Source: Planktothrix sp. GU0601_MAG3 (GTDB taxonomy: Bacteria > Cyanobacteriota > Cyanobacteriia > Cyanobacteriales > Microcoleaceae). Taken from it: 64,000 nucleotides of DNA. The notes below the pieces were generated by a model. It saw only the letters and a list, made by a program, of their open reading frames with translations. It was not told the DNA's origin and ran no database searches. A program made the position numbers and the translations under genes. How positions within the stretch are numbered: position 1 is the first letter of the stretch; each line of letters opens with the position of its first letter. This document shows, piece by piece, positions 34,320 through 46,949 of the stretch. Location: the NCBI GenBank assembly GCA_035193785.1, contig CP136572.1, positions 5,117,706 to 5,181,705 on the forward strand, read 5' to 3'.

Positions 34320-35315
34320 TTAATTTATGGATTTAAACTTTGTGATAGCAGTTTCAGAAACTTGCAGCAAATTAGTAGACCAATTTTCTGCTAAATCACT
34401 AACAAAAATAACTTTTCCTCCGATTTCTTTAGCTATGGTTTCCGCAGAACTAGGATTAAATTCTGGTTGAGCAAAAATCACCTTAATATTCTCCTGTTTA
34501 GCCTCAGAAATTAAGTTAGCTAACTCGGCTGCACTGGGTTCCTGTCCGCCCACTTCAATTGATTCTTGTTCTAAGTTATAATCCTTAGCAAAATAGCCCC
34601 AAGCGGGATGAAAAACGATAAATTTACGGTTTTTGAGCGGGGTTAATTTCTGACTAATTTGTTGATCCAGTTGGTCAAGTTCTGTGATAAAATTATTTAA
34701 GTTAGCTTGATATTCTGCTTGGCGTTTCGGGTCAATTTTGACTAAGCCATCATAGATATTTTTAGCTTGAATTTTAACTAATTTAGGAGATAACCAAATA
34801 TGGGGGTCTAAAGTTTCTTCTGCTTGATGATTTTCTGCTTTTTCGTGGTGATGTTCCACCATAGGAATTCTCTCAATCCCTTGAGTTGAATCCATAATTA
34901 ACATTTTTTGATTGGCAGCTTTAATTCTATCTATCCAAGCCGTTTCAAAGGCAACTCCAGTGGTAATATAGGCTTTAGAATCATTTAAAGATTGTAACTG
35001 TTGAGGTTTGGGTTCATAATTATGCAAATCAACTCCAGGGGGAATCATAACATTAACTTTAACATTCTTACCCCCAATTTTTTCAACAAAATATTTCTGG
35101 GGCATAATACTAACCGTAATATCCACGGCATTATTAGCGGTTTCATTGGCTATTTGTTTGGCTTCAGAGTCATTATTCCCAACCGAAATTTTCGGTGTAG
35201 AAACGGTGTTACACCCACTAATTATACTCATACCCCATAACAGTATTACCATTCCGGCGGAAACCGAAAATCTCATCTTGATGTCCTCAATGCAGTTTTG
35301 CACCTGATCAGCCAA
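34320..35315 (-). CDS. znuA: Zn ABC transporter substrate-binding lipoprotein
   Basis: HNYEPKP, His-rich loop EHHHE, DPHIWLSP, FHPAWGYFA. Confidence 0.88.
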   Translation of the reverse strand: MADQVQNCIEDIKMRFSVSAGMVILLWGMSIISGCNTVSTPKISVGNNDSEAKQIANETANNAVDITVSIMPQKYFVEKIGGKNVKVNVMIPPGVDLHNYEPKPQQLQSLNDSKAYITTGVAFETAWIDRIKAANQKMLIMDSTQGIERIPMVEHHHEKAENHQAEETLDPHIWLSPKLVKIQAKNIYDGLVKIDPKRQAEYQANLNNFITELDQLDQQISQKLTPLKNRKFIVFHPAWGYFAKDYNLEQESIEVGGQEPSAAELANLISEAKQENIKVIFAQPEFNPSSAETIAKEIGGKVIFVSDLAENWSTNLLQVSETAITKFKSIN

Positions 35316-35364
35316 ACACAGTCCCAGAGGCGGTAGCAGGGGAATATGGGTGGCTTAAGTATAA

Positions 35365-35379
35365 TGATAATCGTTTTCA
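35365..35379. promoter_or_regulatory. Putative Zur/Fur-family box
   Basis: TGATAATCGTTTTCA, close to the 7-1-7 TGATAATnATTATCA consensus, between divergent znuA and P1B ATPase. Confidence 0.65.
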
Positions 35380-35567
35380 AAATTTTTGGCAAGAAGGTTG
35401 GATTTTAGGGGCGTTGTCTTCCCCAAAGTCGGTCAAACAGATTATCCCCCTAACCTCCCTGTGGAAACCGTTATCAGATGTGCGTGCAGTTTTAACCCTA
35501 GATGTCCTTGAATCAGCAAGCTAAATCATCAACGGTCAACCTATCCAAAATTTAAAGTACAAAATTC

Positions 35568-37542
35568 TTGCCCACGGTTTATGCTAAAAAAAGTATTTTA
35601 TATTCTTTTATGATGACTCAACGTTCTAATTATTTAATTTCTGTGCAGGACTTTTTTCAGCACTATTCCGAAATAGTGGCGGCGGTAGTTTGCGCCTTTT
35701 TAGTATTTATTGGTTGGATGTGCTTGCAATTAGGTTGGGTGGGATTAGCATTTTTGGCCTTACCTATTGCTTATGTTATCGGCGGTTATGGAAGTGCCAA
35801 AGACGGGTTAACAACTCTCGTAGAAGAAAAACAATTTGATATTGATTTATTAATGATTGTGGCTGCATTAGGGGCAGCTTTTTTGGGGATTTGGAAACAA
35901 GATTATTCTCTAATTATAGATGGTGGAATCTTGATTTTAATTTTTGCTTTAAGTAGCGGACTAGAAAGTATTGCGATGAAACATACAGAACGCAATATTA
36001 AAAAATTAATGGAATTGCCCCCCGATACCGCTAGAATAATTGACAATCAACAGGAGCAACAAATCCAGGTTAATCAATTAAAAATAGGGGATATTATTTT
36101 AGTTAAGCCCGGGGAAATAATTCCCGCCGATGCAATTATTTTATCGGGAAATAGTTCGATTAATCAAGCGGCAATTACCGGGGAGTCGATACCCGTAGAT
36201 AAAACCATTGGTGAAGAAGTATTTGCCGGAACATTAAATGGCAATGGGGTATTGCAATTAGAAGTTCATCAACATCCTGAAAGTAGTTTAATTCAACAGG
36301 TAATTAAGTTAGTTGAACGGGCGCAAACCGATGCACCTCCATCTCAAAAAATTATGGAAAAATTTGAACGTAGTTATGCCAAAGTTATTATATTAACGGG
36401 TCTGGGATTAGCAATTATACCGCCTTTATTTTTGGGTTGGGATTGGGAAACCACAATTTATCGAGCTTTAATTTTTTTAGTAGTTGCCTCTCCCTCTGCC
36501 CTATTAGCCTCGATTATGCCCACATTATTATCAGGAATAGCGAATGGGGCAAGACATGGAATTTTATTTAAAAATGGGGCACAATTAGAAAAGATTGGAC
36601 GAATTAAAGCGATCGCTTTTGATAAAACGGGAAACCCTAACAACGGGAAAATTAAATATTGTTGATATTATTCCTGTGGCGGGTACATCAGAAACAGAAT
36701 TATTGCAATTAGCGGGGGCGGTGGAGTTGGTTTCTGAACATCCCATTGGACAAGCAATTACCCAATTTGCCCGGGAAAAAAATATTCCTCGAATTACGGC
36801 TGTTAATATTGCTACTCAAATCGGGGAAGGAATCATTGGAAAAGTGGATGAAAACCATATTTTTGTGGGGAAATTAGAGTGGATTTATCAACATAATATT
36901 TATGTTAGTCCTGAATTAGTAGAAATTAGTGACCACTTAGAAACCGATGGTAAAACCGTGGTTTGGGTGGCACAAAATCACCAAACTTTAGGGTTAATTG
37001 CTGTGACAGATACGGTACGTTTAGAGGCGAAAACCTTAATTAAAAATCTGAAAAAATTTGGCATCGAACAGGTTGTTATGTTAACCGGAGATCATCAACG
37101 AACCGCCGATAGTGTGGCAAAACAGTTAAATATTGATCTGGTTTATGCTAACTTATTACCGGAGGATAAATTAACAATTGTTCGACAATTGAAAAATCGT
37201 TACCAAGGGGTAGCCATGGTGGGAGATGGGATTAACGATGCTCCAGCTTTAGCATTAGCTGATGTGGGAATAGCCATGGGTGGGGCGGGAAATGATGTAG
37301 CATTGGAAACCGCAGATATTGTGTTAATGACGGATCAATTAGGCAAGATCTTAAAAGCTATTAAATTAGGTCGTCGAGCTAATTTAATTGTTAAACAAAA
37401 TATTGCTTTTTCCCTTTCAGTTATTGTATTATTACTAATATGTAATTTTTTCGGTTTGATTAATATGCCCACGGGGATAATTGGACACGAAGGATCAACG
37501 TTATTAGTAACTTTAAGTGGTTTACGGTTATTAAAAAGTTAG
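35568..37542 (+). CDS. Heavy-metal P1B-type ATPase (P1B-4-like); frameshift at DKTG/T near 36632
   Basis: TGES, DKTG(T), SEHP, MLTGD, GDGINDAP, HEGST. Confidence 0.92.
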
Positions 37543-37575
37543 AGAAACCAACAGAAACCAGGTTTCTAGGTTATG

Positions 37576-38248
37576 TTAGGGATTTTGTAGATTAACAATT
37601 TGTTGGGAAAACCAGAAAGCAGCGTTAAAATTATTGGTTTTTTCTAATTGTTCCAAGGTTAATTCTAATAAAGCGATCGGCAACCCATTCAAAGCAGTAG
37701 AATTGTTAACTTCCTGATATTTACCATTCTCTTGTAAACGAAAGGCGATCGCCCGTTTTCCTCGAATATCAATCACCCAATATTCCGGTATTCCTAATCC
37801 AGCATAGAGTTGTTTTTTCTCATCTAAATCTATTGCTAAAGTGGTATCGGAAATTTCTCCTACTAAATCGGGAACTCGCCATTGTTTCTAAATTAATTCT
37901 GCGGGGTTCCCCTTCTTGCCATTTAGGAGAATTTTCACCAATATATAATACTTTATCCGGTGAAGCTGCCCGTTGATTGGGTTTTTCAATCACACATCCA
38001 CCTAAAAGATCAACTAGCAGATCAGGTTGACGGGCAAACCAAAACCCAAAAACCAAAGTTAATAATTCATTAAATCGAGCGTGATTAATTCCTTCGTTAC
38101 CCATATTAATCCACAAATAGCCTTGATTAAAACTAACATTAAAGTCTTCTAAATTGGGATGATTAACATAAGCCAAATAATCCTCCCAAGTGGCGGGTTG
38201 CCATTGAGTTTTTTGAGCAGATTCAGGAATAGAAACTAGAGTGGTCAT
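37576..38248 (-). CDS. Uma2 family endonuclease-like protein; frameshift near 37880
   Basis: ATWEDY, ASPD, then PDLVGEISDT..DLDEKK.LYA.LGIPEYWVID in the other frame. Confidence 0.85.
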
Positions 38249-38336
38249 GGTTTCATCCTAACTGAGAAACAAAGTATATACAATTTTAACATAGGATTAA
38301 AGATGGTGCGCAAGCCCAGCACACGCACCCTAAATA

Positions 38337-39203
38337 TTAGAACTGGAGTTCTTGTAATAACCAAAATCCGGCAAAAGATTCGGAATTGGGGTCAGATTGA
38401 ACCGCTAAAAAATGTACATTTTTGGCTTTTTGTTTGGTGAGTTCAAAATTTTGGGCTTCCGTTTGGGTTTTACTATCGGGTAAATTGGCTAAAATCCAAC
38501 TTTCATTTTCTCCAGTTTCTAATAATAAATTGGGACGGGAATCCCCATCTAATCGTAAATAAGCTAACTCTAATCCCGACATCCAAGCCGCTAAGGGAGT
38601 AGCCCGAGAGGAATAAATAATTAACCCAGGAATTGGGGTTTCTGGAGTTAACCCAACCATCGCTAATCCGAAGGCTTCACCAAAGCTAATATCCCATTCT
38701 GAAAGGTCAGAAAAAGCACTAGCTTCTAAGGTCACAAAAGCCCATTTATCCCCCTGCAAAGCATCAGGAAGGGGCTGGGGTTGGGACTCCATAAATTGAA
38801 CCGAAGGATTAGCCCCCGCTTGATAATTTTCCAAGGTGGGATAATAGGTTTCTATGCGTTCATTTAACCATTGATAAAGAGCATAGGTACGCCGACTTGC
38901 AGAAGCAGGAATTGCCAATTCTTTACAGGATTTAGAAATCATATTCGCCATCGGACGACGGAAAAAGCGAATCCGAGAGGGGGGCGTGGGAGCAGTGGCG
39001 ATCGCATTTTCAATCGCCTCTTTTAGCCAAATTGAATTGACCTGGTTGCTGGGGCAAAACTGGGTATAGCGAAACATTCTCTCGGCGCTATCTTCAATAT
39101 TGAGCGGGGTTTCACAGATTAAGACTTCCCAAACTTTCTTCCCTTCTTCGTCCCGCAGGGGGCGGCTATAAAAATCGAGTTCCCAAATAGTTGATTTCAT
39201 CAA
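38337..39203 (-). CDS. Tab2/Atab2 family RNA-binding protein
   Basis: WELDFYSRP...GKKVWE, IRFFR, HFLAVQ.....ESFAGFWLL. Confidence 0.9.
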   Translation of the reverse strand: MMKSTIWELDFYSRPLRDEEGKKVWEVLICETPLNIEDSAERMFRYTQFCPSNQVNSIWLKEAIENAIATAPTPPSRIRFFRRPMANMISKSCKELAIPASASRRTYALYQWLNERIETYYPTLENYQAGANPSVQFMESQPQPLPDALQGDKWAFVTLEASAFSDLSEWDISFGEAFGLAMVGLTPETPIPGLIIYSSRATPLAAWMSGLELAYLRLDGDSRPNLLLETGENESWILANLPDSKTQTEAQNFELTKQKAKNVHFLAVQSDPNSESFAGFWLLQELQF

Positions 39204-39301
39204 TGACTAGATTTTGTGGGTAATTAACATCTCAAAATAAATCCTACCAGCAATTAGGGTTAAGCTGCGGCTAGTAATTTATTTTTCAGGGATAAACTCA
39301 G

Positions 39302-41127
39302 CTATTCAATCCTTAAATTAAACGGTAAACGGGTATAAATTCCCTTCGGGTCATTCATTTCTTTAAGCATCAATAATTCCTCTTGGAGTCTGAGAAATTC
39401 CCGGGTGAGGGGATCAACCGGAGTCGGCATTTTCGTGAGGTTATCTCCGGCTAAATTCTCTAAAATTCGTTCTTCTAATGTCCGAGGTTTAGCGGGTTTC
39501 TTTGAGTGTCCAATCCTCTCCTAAATTGGCTTTTTTAGCCGCCGCCGCGATCGCCGCATCTAACCCCCCAATTTCATCAACTAACCCTAACTGTTTAGCC
39601 TGGGCACCCGACCAAACTCGCCCTTGGGCAATTTCTTGAACCTTATTTTTAGGTAACTGGCGACGGGTGGCTACATTAGAAATAAAGCGATCATAAATTA
39701 GGTTAACCACCTTTTGTAACCGGGCTAATTCCTCGGGACTTTTCGGCCGACTATTAGTTTGAATATCCGCAAACTTACCGGTTTTGACAATATCCCAGGT
39801 AATCCCATTTTTACTAGCAATATCTTGAATATTAAACAGTAATCCAAACACCCCAATTGATCCGGTTACGGTATTAGCTTGGGCAAAAATTTGATCCCCA
39901 CCCATGGCAATCCAATATCCCCCGGAGGCGGCAAAATTTCCCATAGAAACTATCACAGGTTTTTGTTTTTTGATTAGATCTACTTCCCGTCCAATCACTT
40001 CCGAAGCCGTGGCACTGCCCCCGGGACTATTAACCCGTAAAACCACTGCTTTTACCTCTTCATCTAAGCGTAATTTTCTTAATTCCTTAGCTAATCGATC
40101 GCCCCCAATTTGGCTAGAAGTTCCCCTTCCATCAACAATTTCGCCTTCAGCATAGATGATAGCAATTTTATTTTTACTATTCTGATTACCATTATTAATA
40201 TCAGCAACATCAGGAATTTTGGAATAATAATTAATACTAACTTGCCGAAATTGTTGATTTTTTTCCTTAGATTCCCCGGTCATTTTTTTAAAGTCGGTAA
40301 TCACTTCATCACTATAGGCAACCTGATCAACTAATTTTCCCTTTAACGCCATATCCGCTAATAAAATCCCTTCGGTATTAGAAAATGCTTGCAATTGTTG
40401 GGGTGTTACCTTGCGACTCGGTGCAATAGTTCTTAACCATTCTCCCCATAAATCTCCTAAGAGTTTCTGAGTTTGTTCTCGATTTTCTGGACTTAATTTT
40501 TTTAGTAAAAAGGGTTCAACGGCTGCCTTATATTTCCCCACCCGAATCACCTGCACCCCAACACCATATTTTTCTAAAGCCCCGGTTAAAAACATGACTT
40601 GGGAACTTAACCCTTTAATGTCTAAAGAAACCCAAGGGATTAATTACTACTTGATTCGCAACGGAAGCCAAATAATATTCGGGTGCTGTCCAATCAATAT
40701 CATAGGCAATAATTGTTTTTCCACTCTGTTTAAATCGTTGTAGGGCTTGACGAATTTCTTTTAAATTAGCTAATCCCGTAGTAATGGGAGTATTAGTTCC
40801 TTGTAAATAAATGGCAACAATTTTATCATCTTTACTAGCTTGATCAATTGTTTGAACTAAAGTTCTTAACTGAATTGAAGTCGGACTATCTTCTGATAAA
40901 ATTTCCTGTAGGGCTTCAGAGGTTGAGGGATTGGGCCCCGTATCACTCACACTCAAGGATAGGTCAAAAACTAAAACGGATTTATCCTTAACTAAGGGCC
41001 CAGACTCTTGATTTGCCATCATAATCACTAGGAAAATTAATCCTCCAATGCCCAGAGTGGTAGTTAAAACCAGTCCAATTAAGTTTCCTAATAAACTGGC
41101 AAATGTAAATTTGAGAAAATCTTTCAT
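39302..41127 (-). CDS. sppA: Signal peptide peptidase A (67K type); frameshifts near 40625 and 39490
   Basis: RVGKYK, LRVNSPGGS, SMGNFAASGGY, TGSIGV, IAQGRVW; C-terminus GIYTRLPFNLRIE. Confidence 0.93.
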
Positions 41128-41172
41128 ATTACGAATTAATAAAGGGGATAATCTAATTTAATCGCACGGGGT

Positions 41173-42207
41173 TTAGGATTTGGGTTTCAGGGCTCCTGAT
41201 GTTTGTAAATGATTTAGAGTACGGTTATTGGTACAAAATAGCACGGTGATCAATTCTGCTTTTAAAATCTCTACTAGAGTATAGACTGCTGCTTCCGATT
41301 CGGCGGCGGCTTGCAAAAATGGCCAGGCAAACCCGGCTAAATTCGCACCCAGGGCGATCGCTTTGGCCCCATCTAAACCACTGCGTAACCCCCCCGAAGC
41401 AATTAGGGGAATATCGGGGAACACTTCTCGAATACTGGTGATACAATCGGCCGTGGGTATGCCCCAATTGGCGAAGGTTTCCCCTAGACGACGCTGTAGG
41501 GGGTCTTGGGCGCGTTCTCCTTCGATTTTAGCCCAGGAGGTTCCCCCCGCGCCTGCCACGTCAATAGCGGCCACTCCTGCCTCGATTAATCGTTTGGCCA
41601 TGACGGCATCAATCCCATTTCCGACCTCTTTGGCAATCACCGGAACGGGAAGTTGAGCACATAACTTTTCTATTTTAGGGAATAATCCTTTAAAATTGGT
41701 ATCTCCCTCGGTTTGAATACATTCTTGTAAAGGATTGAGGTGCAAAATTAAGGCATCGGCTTCTAATAAGTCAATGGTTTTTAAACACTGTTCTAAACCA
41801 TATTCATAGTTTAATTGAACGGCTCCTAAATTGGCAAAGAGTAAAATATTAGGGGCGAGCGATCGCACGGCAAAAGTATTAGCCACATCGGGATTTTCCA
41901 CCGCGACCCGTTGGGAACCGACTCCCATAGCAATCTGATAATGTTCAGCCACGGCGGCTAACCGACAATTAATTAATTTTGCCTGTTCTGTGCCTCCAGT
42001 CATGGAGGAAATTAACAGGGGTGCTCCTAATATTTTACCTAAAAATGATGTGCTGATATCAATTTCGCTACGGTTCAAATCGGGTAAACAACAATGGGTA
42101 AAGTCATAACGTTCTAACCCCGTTGTTTGTCGAAACTGCACATCTTCTTCTAAACAAATTCTTAGGTGATCGGCTTTGCGGTTTTCAATTTGACGGGAAG
42201 ACACCAT
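41173..42207 (-). CDS. fni: Type 2 isopentenyl-diphosphate isomerase
   Basis: RKADH, SSMTGG, GVGSQR, HLNPLQE, KEVGNG, GAGGTSW; the ORF-track extension beyond 42207 is translated repeat. Confidence 0.95.
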   Translation of the reverse strand: MVSSRQIENRKADHLRICLEEDVQFRQTTGLERYDFTHCCLPDLNRSEIDISTSFLGKILGAPLLISSMTGGTEQAKLINCRLAAVAEHYQIAMGVGSQRVAVENPDVANTFAVRSLAPNILLFANLGAVQLNYEYGLEQCLKTIDLLEADALILHLNPLQECIQTEGDTNFKGLFPKIEKLCAQLPVPVIAKEVGNGIDAVMAKRLIEAGVAAIDVAGAGGTSWAKIEGERAQDPLQRRLGETFANWGIPTADCITSIREVFPDIPLIASGGLRSGLDGAKAIALGANLAGFAWPFLQAAAESEAAVYTLVEILKAELITVLFCTNNRTLNHLQTSGALKPKS

Positions 42208-42263
42208 ATCAGTTATAGAGCTAGGGAACAGGGAATGGGGAATGGGGAATGGGTAATAAACTG

Positions 42264-42291
42264 GTACAGACGCGCCATGGCACGTCTCTAC
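42264..42291. repeat. REP-like palindrome (same family as 13275-13326)
   Basis: gtacagacgcgccatggcacgtctctac. Confidence 0.8.
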
Positions 42292-42304
42292 ACTGATGAC
42301 TGAA

Positions 42305-43196
42305 TTACGAGCGTCGAATGTTAAAACAACACCAGTCTTGACGACGCCAGAGGGTAGCAACGACCCAGCCCTGTTGTTCTAAAGCATCTGCAATTGGTTT
42401 AGCTTGATCCATTAAAATTCCACTTAAAATCGCCCAAGTATTTTTCTTGGATATGGCGTTAAATTGAGGAATTAAATCAATAATTACTTCTGCTAAAATA
42501 TTACAAACAATTCCATCTACCGGGTATTCTACTGCTTGAATTACCTGCTCAATACTGCCGTCTTGAATATTAATTCTTTCCGGTGAAATTTGGTTTAATT
42601 CGCAATTTTCGTAAGTTGAACGAGTCGCTAAGGGATCATTATCCACCGCATAAACCTTAGAAGCTCCTAATAAAATTGCCCCAATCGATAAAATACCGGA
42701 ACCACAACCAATATCTGCAATTACCGGTTGGTTTTGTTCTCCGCTTAATCGCATTTCCAAAGATTCTAAACACAGTTGAGTTGTGGCGTGGGTTCCGGTT
42801 CCAAAGGCAACCCCAGGATCTAAACGTAATAGAATGCGATCGGGATTTTCCGGCAATTCTAACCAAGCCGGGTAAACTAAAAAGCGATCGCCAATTGGTG
42901 TCGGTTTCCCAATATTGTTTCCAACTACTTGACCAGTCCTGTTCATCAATCAAATCCCAAGTCACCGCCGGAATTGGCATTTCTAAACACAAAGCATCTT
43001 GACGTAATAATAAAGCCAGGGCTGCTAAATCGAGTAAATGCGCTTTTTCTTCGGGGAGATAGGCTGATAACAAGCAGGAATTATTCTTTATTTGACTCGC
43101 TGTTCCTCGACAACCAAATGCTTCCATACGCCAAAAAACGGCATCTTCTAGCATCGGATCACACAATACTTTAATTTCCCACCAACTATTAGCCAT
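42305..43196 (-). CDS. prmA: Ribosomal protein L11 methyltransferase; frameshift near 42907
   Basis: [38 protein letters not shown]. Confidence 0.95.
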
Positions 43197-43655
43197 AATC
43201 AGTAATCAGTAATCAGTTATCAGTCATCAGTTAGCAGTTATTAGTCATCAGTTATCAGTTAACAGTGTAAGAGGTATCAGTGATTAGTTGACAGTAAAGA
43301 ATTCATTGTTAATAGTTAATATTTGTAAGCCAAAAACCGTTAACTGCTAACTGTTAACTGCTAACTGTTAACTGCTAACTGCTAACTGTTAACTATAAAC
43401 TGTTAACTGTTAACTGCTAACTGTTAACTATAAACTGCTAACTATAAACTGCTAACTGCTAACTGTTAACCGTTAACTATAAACTGTTAACTGTTAACTA
43501 TAAACTGCTAACTGCTAACTGCTAACTATAAACTGTTAACTGCTAACTGTTAACTGCTAACTGCTAACTGCTAACTATAAACTGTTAACTGCTAACTGTT
43601 AACTATAAACTGTTAACTATAAACTGATAACTGTTAACTGATAACTGTTAACTGA
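43197..43655. repeat. Heptamer arrays: short (A)TCAGTT-type arm and about 45 units of AACTGCT/AACTGTT/AACTATA/AACTGAT
   Basis: Direct reading; the long array spans about 43335-43655. Confidence 0.95.
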
Positions 43656-45239
43656 TTAAAGCGTTACGGTGTAGGCATCGCGGATGCCAGAGACCTTAAT
43701 AATTTCCGCCAGAATACCTTCAGGTAACGGATCATCAAGACTCAAAACCATAACGGCTTCACCCCGAACAATTTTACGTCCGACCTGCATACTGGCAATA
43801 TTGACATTAAAGCTGCCCAAAAGTGAGCCAATGTTACCAATAATTCCCGGCACATCCCGGTGGAGGGTAAACAACATATAGCGGGTGGGAGGCACGTTAA
43901 TGGGGAAATCGTCCACACTGGTGATCCGAATTTCGTGATCGCCTAATAGGGCTCCCGTCACCGAGTGAGTTCCTAAACTCCCCTTAGCTTCCAAATGCAG
44001 CGATCCCGTATAGTCCATCAAGGAAGCATCCCTGGTTTCAATCACTCGAATACCCCGTTCCTTGGCCTCAATACTGGCGTTCACATAGTTAACCCGCTCC
44101 CGTAAGGCTTGGGACAGTAACCCTTTGAGAGAAGCCACAACTACGGCTTGGCTGTTGCTTCCGGCCAGTTCCCCTTGTAAACGCACATCCAGAAAATCTA
44201 TCCGTCCCCCAGCTAACTGACCCACCATGTTCCCCAGGGTTTCCGCCAATTGTAGATAGGGTTTGAGTTTTTCCAAGACATCGGGGTATAACCCAGGAAT
44301 ATTCACCGCAGAGCGGGCTGGCAGGCCCAGTAAGACGTCCCGAATTTGTTCAGCGACATCGATCGCCACATTGACTTGAGCTTCCTCCGTAGAGGCTCCC
44401 AGGTGAGGAGTCAGAACAATTTTAGACCCCAATTCCCGCAGGGGAGAATCCGCCTCTAGGGGTTCATTTTCAAAGACATCTAAAGCCGCTCCAGCAATTT
44501 GGTTATTCCGCAGGGCTTCGGCTAAGGCTGCTTCATCAATCACACCGCCCCTAGCGCAGTTAATTAGGCGGGCGGTGGGCTTCATCTTAGCGAAGACTTC
44601 CGCATTAAACAGATGATAAGTTTCTTTGGTTTTGGGGATATGCAGGGTCATGTAATCGGACTCCCGAATTAACATATCCAAGTCCACCAACCGACAACCA
44701 ATTTGATCCGCCCGTTCTTGGGATATAAAGGGATCATAGGCCAAAAGTTTCATCCCCATTGCCTTAGCCACCGCCGCGACGTGGGAGCCAATCTTACCCA
44801 AACCCACAATTCCCAGGGTTTTCTTGTAAACTTCCACGCCGACAAAGCTTTTTCTATCCCACTGTCCACTTCTGACCGACTGGTTAGCATCGGGAATGTA
44901 GCGAGACATCGACATCATCATTGCCAAGGCGTGTTCAGCAGCCGCAATGGTGTTACCTTGTGGAGAGTTGACGACAACAATACCTTTGCGCGTAGCGGCG
45001 GGAATGTCCACGTTATCAACACCGACACCCGCCCGACCAATAATTTTTAAGTTATCAGCGGCTTCAATAATTTCTTGGGTTACACGAGTTCCAGACCGGA
45101 TCATCAAAGCATCATACTCTGGGATAATCCGCACCAGTTCTTCTGGGGGTAAACCTATTTTGACATCCACCTGAGCGACTTGGGACAGGATGTCTATACC
45201 AACTTGGTCAATAGAATCGGAGACAAGAACCTTAGACAT
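43656..45239 (-). CDS. serA: D-3-phosphoglycerate dehydrogenase
   Basis: [29 protein letters not shown]-terminal ACT domain. Confidence 0.97.
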   Translation of the reverse strand: MSKVLVSDSIDQVGIDILSQVAQVDVKIGLPPEELVRIIPEYDALMIRSGTRVTQEIIEAADNLKIIGRAGVGVDNVDIPAATRKGIVVVNSPQGNTIAAAEHALAMMMSMSRYIPDANQSVRSGQWDRKSFVGVEVYKKTLGIVGLGKIGSHVAAVAKAMGMKLLAYDPFISQERADQIGCRLVDLDMLIRESDYMTLHIPKTKETYHLFNAEVFAKMKPTARLINCARGGVIDEAALAEALRNNQIAGAALDVFENEPLEADSPLRELGSKIVLTPHLGASTEEAQVNVAIDVAEQIRDVLLGLPARSAVNIPGLYPDVLEKLKPYLQLAETLGNMVGQLAGGRIDFLDVRLQGELAGSNSQAVVVASLKGLLSQALRERVNYVNASIEAKERGIRVIETRDASLMDYTGSLHLEAKGSLGTHSVTGALLGDHEIRITSVDDFPINVPPTRYMLFTLHRDVPGIIGNIGSLLGSFNVNIASMQVGRKIVRGEAVMVLSLDDPLPEGILAEIIKVSGIRDAYTVTL

Positions 45240-45457
45240 GATTTAGGAAAATGGGTTGCAATTTTTCTGGAAATGAAACACTACCCCCCGACAAAATCAG
45301 CTAGGGGGAAGTTCGGGAGAGGCTTCATTAGCTATTTTCTCTCCCAAATTAACGGTATTTGGCTTTTAAGTTATACTCCATACTACTCCATAGGGAAAGC
45401 CGGATCAATCCATGTAGACTAACAATAGATTGATAGCCTATTCTGAACCTTGATCCT

Positions 45458-45973
45458 ATGAACTATCTTGTCACTGTCCTGGCCGATCGCATTCAAGCAG
45501 AAACGGCCTATGTGGAATTAGAAAAAGAAGGTGTCCCGACCCCCCAAATCAGCATTTTAGGAAAAGGTTATAAAACCGCCGATGAATTCGGTTTGATTGA
45601 CCCGAATGAAAGTGCCATTAAACAAGTGAAATTGATGGCAACTTGGTTAATTCCCTTTGGATTTGTTTCGGGTTTTAGCTTTAGTTTAATTACGGGATTA
45701 GAAACCTTTGCCTGGGCGGGAATTCTGGGAAATCATTTAATCGGTGCAGTTCTCGGTGGCATTTCGGGGGGGTTAGGGAGTATTTTGGCCGGGGGCGGAG
45801 TGGGATTAATTATTGGTGGCGGCGATGCCTTACCCTACCGTAACCGCCTGAATGCGGGAAAATATTTAGTTGTGGTCACGGGTTCGGAAACCTTAATGCG
45901 GAAAGCCAATCGGATTTTAAGAGACTTAGAACCGGAAAATATTCAAGGTTATACCGTTGGTGAAAATGAATAA
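45458..45973 (+). CDS. Conserved cyanobacterial membrane protein
   Basis: Gly-rich TM hairpin; YRNRLNAGKYLVVV. Confidence 0.7.
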   Translation: MNYLVTVLADRIQAETAYVELEKEGVPTPQISILGKGYKTADEFGLIDPNESAIKQVKLMATWLIPFGFVSGFSFSLITGLETFAWAGILGNHLIGAVLGGISGGLGSILAGGGVGLIIGGGDALPYRNRLNAGKYLVVVTGSETLMRKANRILRDLEPENIQGYTVGENE

Positions 45974-46131
45974 TTAAAAAGGGTAGAATTAATCATTGAA
46001 TCCATCCCTTTTATTCCTAGGTATTTTTAATCATTTGAGGGTAAAACTCCTAAAAATTTACCCCGATTTTATTGAAAATGCTATGATGATTGTAGCACAA
46101 ATTTTCATCTTCCCTCACCTAAAATCCCCTA

Positions 46132-46912
46132 ATGTTACCCAGAGAAGAACTCCTAAAAGGTATCGAAAATCGAGATAGTATAGCCCGGGTGATAGACTTA
46201 GCGGAACAGGCTCTAAAAACCTGGGAAATTACCCTAACAGATTTCCTTTCTCCCCCGGAACTCGCCGAGTCGGAAAGGGTGTTTAGCCGATTAACAGAAG
46301 TACAAATACTCCCCTGGGGCGGCTACCCCCAAGCGGAACGCCAACGGTTAGGAATTGCTCGATCTGAACTTCCGCTTGATGAAACTCAAGTTAGCGTTGT
46401 TGTTTTAGAAATATCGGGTAATTTTCTCTTTGATCCCGCCACCCATCGAGACTTTTTAGGAGCCATGTTAGGGACAGGAATTGTCAGGGATAAAACCGGG
46501 GATATTATTGTTTTGGGAGAACGGGGTGCCCAAACAATTGTTACTCCAGAATTGGCGGATTTCTTAGAGTTAAATCTAACTCAAGTCCGGTCTGTTTCCG
46601 GTGAAAACTCGACGGATTGATCCGGGGGAATTAAAGGTTAGAGAACCCAAGAAGAAAGAGTTAACCACGGTGGAAGCTTCCCTGCGGTTAGATGCGATCG
46701 CCTCTGCTGGATTTGGGATGTCTCGGAGCAAAATGGTGAGTTTAATTGATGGGGGAGATGTGCGGGTGAATTGGAAGGAAATCACCCAGGCAAGTTATCA
46801 ATTAAAATCGGGAGATTTAATTGCTATTCGGGGAAAAGGACGTTTAGAAGTTAAAGATATGGCTATTACTAAAAAACAGCGTTATCGGGTTGAATTAATC
46901 CGCTATCAATAA
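46132..46912 (+). CDS. Photosystem II S4-domain protein (YlmH/Sll1252-like); frameshift near 46598
   Basis: TDFLSPPE, GGYPQAER, HRDFLGA, SLRLDAIAS..F.MSR, IRGKGR. Confidence 0.88.
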
Positions 46913-46949
46913 TCATTTTATACTGGATAAGTTCAGGAGAATATTAGTA

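Noticed and set aside
43684..45422. Several short plus-strand ORFs opposite serA (similar shadow ORFs lie opposite chlP, pgi, ycf46 and fni)
   Set aside because: They are antisense shadows of well-supported genes with no recognisable motifs
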